A stretch of 64,000 bases of DNA from a virus. Lineage: Duplodnaviria > Caudoviricetes. Position numbers and translations under genes: made by a program. A model generated the notes under the pieces. That model was not told where the DNA came from. It saw only the letters and a list, made by a program, of their open reading frames with translations, and did not search any database. Position 1 is the first letter of the stretch. Every line of letters begins with the position of its first letter. This document shows positions 60,779 to 64,000 of the stretch, piece after piece. The stretch covers positions 83,285 to 147,284 of the IMG/VR virus record IMGVR_UViG_2595698649_000001; one strand, 5' to 3'.

Positions 60779-61471
60779 ATGTTTATTCACAAGCAACCTA
60801 CAGGTGAGTTGCCACCCCTGAAGGCAAAGAATGTTGACGGTAAAAGATTTTACGAACATTTAGAAACAGGCAGTAAGTACCCCTCAATAACAAGTGTATT
60901 ATCAATAATACAAAAAGAAGGTCTAAAGAAATGGCGTGAGAGAGTTGGCGATGAAGTTGCTAACCATATTATGATTACTAGTGCTAATCGTGGCACAGCA
61001 GTTCATAACATGATTGAAGACCATTTAAACAATATTGACATCAATGATGTGGAAAAGTATAAGAAGCAATTTCTTCCACGCATGATGTTTCAGACATTAA
61101 AAAGTACACTTCAAAACATAAATAATATTAGACTACAAGAGGCAGGCATGTATAGTGAAAAATATACAGTTGCAGGTCGTGTGGACTGTATTGCTGAATA
61201 TGAAGGTAAACTTTCAATTATAGATTTTAAAACAAGCAAAGCAGACAAACAAGAAGATTGGATTGAGAATTACTTTATTCAAGGTAGTGCTTATGCTGAA
61301 ATGTATGAAGAAAACTTTGGCGAAAAGATTGACCAGATTGTTATATTGATTACTACAGAGGAAGGTTCTGTACAAGTATTTAAAAAAGATAAAAAAGATT
61401 ATCTGCCTAAACTAAAAGAAGCAATAGAAAACTTTTACAAATGGATAGAAACAAATGCTAAAACAAATTAA
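60779..61471 (+). CDS. PD-(D/E)xK exonuclease
   Basis: YPSITSVL, RGTAVH, AGRVDCI, IIDFKTS, QGSAYA. Confidence 0.9.
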   Translation: MFIHKQPTGELPPLKAKNVDGKRFYEHLETGSKYPSITSVLSIIQKEGLKKWRERVGDEVANHIMITSANRGTAVHNMIEDHLNNIDINDVEKYKKQFLPRMMFQTLKSTLQNINNIRLQEAGMYSEKYTVAGRVDCIAEYEGKLSIIDFKTSKADKQEDWIENYFIQGSAYAEMYEENFGEKIDQIVILITTEEGSVQVFKKDKKDYLPKLKEAIENFYKWIETNAKTN

Positions 61472-61897
61472 AACTTTTTTAAGAGGAATACTAGGTATTG
61501 GATTGATTGTATTATTCTTTTTTTATTATCTTTTGGATTAAACAAAGCACAAGCAGACGAGAAACCTTATTTTTTACCAGGTACATTATACCCAATACAA
61601 GTGCCAATGATGTGTGGCGAAAGCACAACAGTATTGACACAAATTGTAAATGGGTTTAAGATGAAAAGTTTGGCAGCAGGACAAGTAAAATATGCTGGAG
61701 ACTTAGATGGTGATAGTATTGGTGTTATATCATTTTGGATACACCCTACTTTAGAGTATGGTAGTATGTTAATGACAATAAAAGAAGGCAATTTGACATG
61801 TTTATTAGGTTATGGTGTGGACTGGCAATGGGACACAGACTTAATGATAGATGTCGTAAACGAAGTTATCAATGAAGATGAGACAAGTACGCAATAG
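61455..61897 (+). CDS. exported hypothetical protein; apparent frameshift in T-run 61518-61524
   Basis: MLKQIK..hydrophobic..AQA-DE signal joins ORF 61601..61897 if one T is added. Confidence 0.55.
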
Positions 61898-62128
61898 GGA
61901 CTTGGGTGCAATACCCAACACCTCCACCAAAACCACTTCTATGAAGCATGGTGGTACCACAGATGAAGTGGTTTTGATGGGGGTGATATAGGTTTGACCG
62001 TTGTGAGAAAGTTCATTGGAGATAATTCACTGGCGAGTGTAAACGTGACAAATGCAAACTTTAACGAGTATGCTTTAGCAGCCTAGTGTTGCTTAGGGTT
62101 TGCCTGTACCTCGTAACAGAAACAGGCA
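61870..62128 (+). ncRNA. ssrA: circularly permuted (two-piece) tmRNA, tag (A)ANFNEYALAA
   Basis: T-arm and CACCTCC-ACCA at 61902-61929, intervening hairpin, GGGGGTG at 61979 giving G3.U70, tag ORF 62054-62086. Confidence 0.92.
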
Positions 62129-62152
62129 CTATTAACAAGTGATAAGGAGATT

Positions 62153-62527
62153 ATGACAAAACAAAGTGAACAATTTTACGAGCTTCTGGATAAGATGAGA
62201 CAAGTACATGACAATAAGAGGCATGATTATGCTTCTGTTGATGATGTATTCGCAAACTTTAGAACAAGTGAAATGGCAGGTATTCCTGCATGGAAAGGCG
62301 TTGCATTGCGAATAAGCGATAAGTTTAGTCGTTTAATGTCTTTCTGTAAACAAGGTGAATTAAAAGTACAAGACGAAAGTATTGGCGACACCTTAATAGA
62401 TATGGCAAACTATGCTATCATATGCCACATTTTATTTTATGAAATGAGAAACAAACAAATGAACGCACATAAAGACGATATAACAGAAAAGTTTTTAAAT
62501 GCACAAGGAGATAATAATGACAGATGA
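62153..62527 (+). CDS. DUF1599 / nucleotide-modification-associated domain protein
   Basis: KRHDYA..NF..RISDKFSRL..ESIGDTLIDMANYAII. Confidence 0.75.
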   Translation: MTKQSEQFYELLDKMRQVHDNKRHDYASVDDVFANFRTSEMAGIPAWKGVALRISDKFSRLMSFCKQGELKVQDESIGDTLIDMANYAIICHILFYEMRNKQMNAHKDDITEKFLNAQGDNNDR

Positions 62528-62720
62528 TAATTCAGTAGATAAGTCTTTTGAGAATGAAACACCGGCACCAAGTCCTATGGTTCAGATTTCTATAAAAGAA
62601 TACGACAAGTTAAAAGAACATCAAAAGTATATATCAGACAAAGGTATAATTGACATTATAGATAATGTTGAAAGACTTGTTAGAGCATTGAGAAAACATA
62701 TTGTTAGGACAGACATATAA
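62517..62720 (+). CDS. hypothetical protein
   Basis: SD AAGGAG; MVQISIKEYDKLK. Confidence 0.6.
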   Translation: MTDDNSVDKSFENETPAPSPMVQISIKEYDKLKEHQKYISDKGIIDIIDNVERLVRALRKHIVRTDI

Positions 62721-62929
62721 TGACACCTAAACAATTTGCATTAGTAATAGAAAAACGAGCAAGTAAGAAAAGAATAAGTCACATGGAAGCTGTATTAGAT
62801 TATTGTACTGAGAAACAGATTGAACCAGATGAAGTGACACATTTAATTAACAGAAACTTAAAAGAAAAAATAAAGGCAAATGCTGAAAATTTGAATTTCT
62901 TACCAAAGACAGCAACATTGCCAGTATAA
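62720..62929 (+). CDS. 33: gp33 late transcription coactivator
   Basis: F..IEK..MEAVLDYC..IE..LKEKIKANAENLNFL. Confidence 0.9.
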   Translation: MTPKQFALVIEKRASKKRISHMEAVLDYCTEKQIEPDEVTHLINRNLKEKIKANAENLNFLPKTATLPV

Positions 62930-62938
62930 GGATAAATT

Positions 62939-63475
62939 ATGGAACAATGGAAAATAAAACCTCACACATTTAAATTTAGAGAAGGCGACAGCGATGAAAA
63001 AGGTGGTTGTACGTTTATTGGTGGTACATGGAAAGATGTTACTACAGATGAACTATTTGCAGGCAAAAGGGTAGTATTGTTTAGTCTACCTGGTGCATTT
63101 ACACCAACTTGTTCAAGTGAACAGTTACCGGCATATGAGGAAATGTATGATAGATTTAAACATGCAAGAATAGATGAAGTTTATTGTGTATCAGTAAATG
63201 ACGCTTTTGTAATGAATGCTTGGGCAAGAGACCTAGGTATTAAGAAAGTAAAAATGATACCAGACGGTTGTGGTACATTTACAAGTAATATGGGTATGTT
63301 AGTAAGTAAACCGGCACAAGGTTTTGGTATGAGAAGTTGGAGATATTCTGCTCTTGTAGAAGATGGTCTTGTAACTAGATTTAACCAAGAACCAGGATAT
63401 AATCATCAATCAGTAGACGCTGACCCATACGTTAGGTCAGACCCACAAACTATATTAGCGACTATTAGTGTATAA
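62939..63475 (+). CDS. Prx5-type peroxiredoxin
   Basis: LPGAFTPTCS, SVNDAFVMNAW, RSWRY. Confidence 0.95.
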   Translation: MEQWKIKPHTFKFREGDSDEKGGCTFIGGTWKDVTTDELFAGKRVVLFSLPGAFTPTCSSEQLPAYEEMYDRFKHARIDEVYCVSVNDAFVMNAWARDLGIKKVKMIPDGCGTFTSNMGMLVSKPAQGFGMRSWRYSALVEDGLVTRFNQEPGYNHQSVDADPYVRSDPQTILATISV

Positions 63476-64000
63476 TATTTTTTCAACACCTATCTTTATT
63501 GATGATATTGATTTAAGTAAAGTTAATTTATTATCTGAAAGTTTTAAGGCACAATGGGAATCCAATACAACATCATCACATGGAGAAACCAATACACTTA
63601 AACAAGAAGAAGTAAAGTATTTACTAGACACTATAGTAAAAAATTTAAATGAGTTTATACAAGACCCATTTGAAATATCATTAACACAGATGTGGAGAAA
63701 TAAATATAAACCAGGTGACTTTCAGGAGAAACATGCACATGTAAAACATAGTTTTTCTTTTATTATCTATGAACAGGTAACTGAAAGTAAAACTGTATTT
63801 GTACACCCAATACAACAACTGTTATTAGAAAAATATGGATATGATAAAGATGATAAAATGGAATGTATATTCAATCATCAACATGAACCTAAATGTAAAG
63901 CAGGTCAAATCATTATCTTTCCTAGTTACTTAGAACATTTTGTAAGAAGTAATGACGAAGAAACAATTACAGTTGCAGGTAACATAAAGTTAAATATAAA
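63468..64000 (+). CDS. 2OG-Fe(II) oxygenase, 3'-truncated by window (not in ORF track)
   Basis: GTG start; IFSTP, WRNKY..QEKHAH..FSFIIY..IFPSYLEHFV..ITVAGN. Confidence 0.8.
   Translation, partial: MYNIFSTPIFIDDIDLSKVNLLSESFKAQWESNTTSSHGETNTLKQEEVKYLLDTIVKNLNEFIQDPFEISLTQMWRNKYKPGDFQEKHAHVKHSFSFIIYEQVTESKTVFVHPIQQLLLEKYGYDKDDKMECIFNHQHEPKCKAGQIIIFPSYLEHFVRSNDEETITVAGNIKLNI

Noticed and set aside
60779-61471. Cas4 or CRISPR system
   Set aside because: No Fe-S cysteine set, no other cas genes and no repeat-spacer array anywhere in the window
2802-61524. Six frameshifts (about 2805, 9698, 33986, 34260, 56743, 61520) as pseudogenes or programmed slippage
   Set aside because: Each is repaired by adding one base to an A or T run, including in both spanins. 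This is the typical long-read consensus error pattern, so check the reads first.
508-61791. All minus-strand ORFs and short alternative-frame ORFs in the track
   Set aside because: Shadows of + strand genes, with no recognisable motifs

Overview
AT-rich 64-kb segment of a T4-like myophage, with essentially all real genes on the + strand. The host is probably a marine alphaproteobacterium (SAR11-like, inferred from bS21, a permuted tmRNA, GAAC-N7-GAAC boxes and GANTC depletion). Replication and recombination core: gp46, 45, 44, 62, regA, 43, uvsX, 40, 41, 61, nrdA/B/C, rnh, plus late coactivator 33. Other content: a cobT/cobS-like pair, hsp20, phoH, peroxiredoxin, a late block of probable capsid-internal proteins, spanins, two peptidoglycan hydrolases, a glycosyl/carbamoyl/radical-SAM/nadE cluster and many 2OG-Fe(II) oxygenases. 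Most notable signals: (1) GATC and GANTC appear, by eye, only when overlapped by GGA/TCC, alongside a T4 beta-glucosyltransferase-like gene and two DruA/DUF4338-like paralogs, suggesting a context-specific DNA modification. (2) A tRNA-Gly with the rare ACC anticodon. (3) Repeated compound promoters with LexA-like, RegR-like and IHF-like sites. (4) A possibly virion-delivered ligase-like/kinase/nucleotidyltransferase/phosphatase set. (5) Unannotated structured RNA candidates. Six single-base homopolymer frameshifts look like long-read errors. All calls come from motif recognition; no searches were run.
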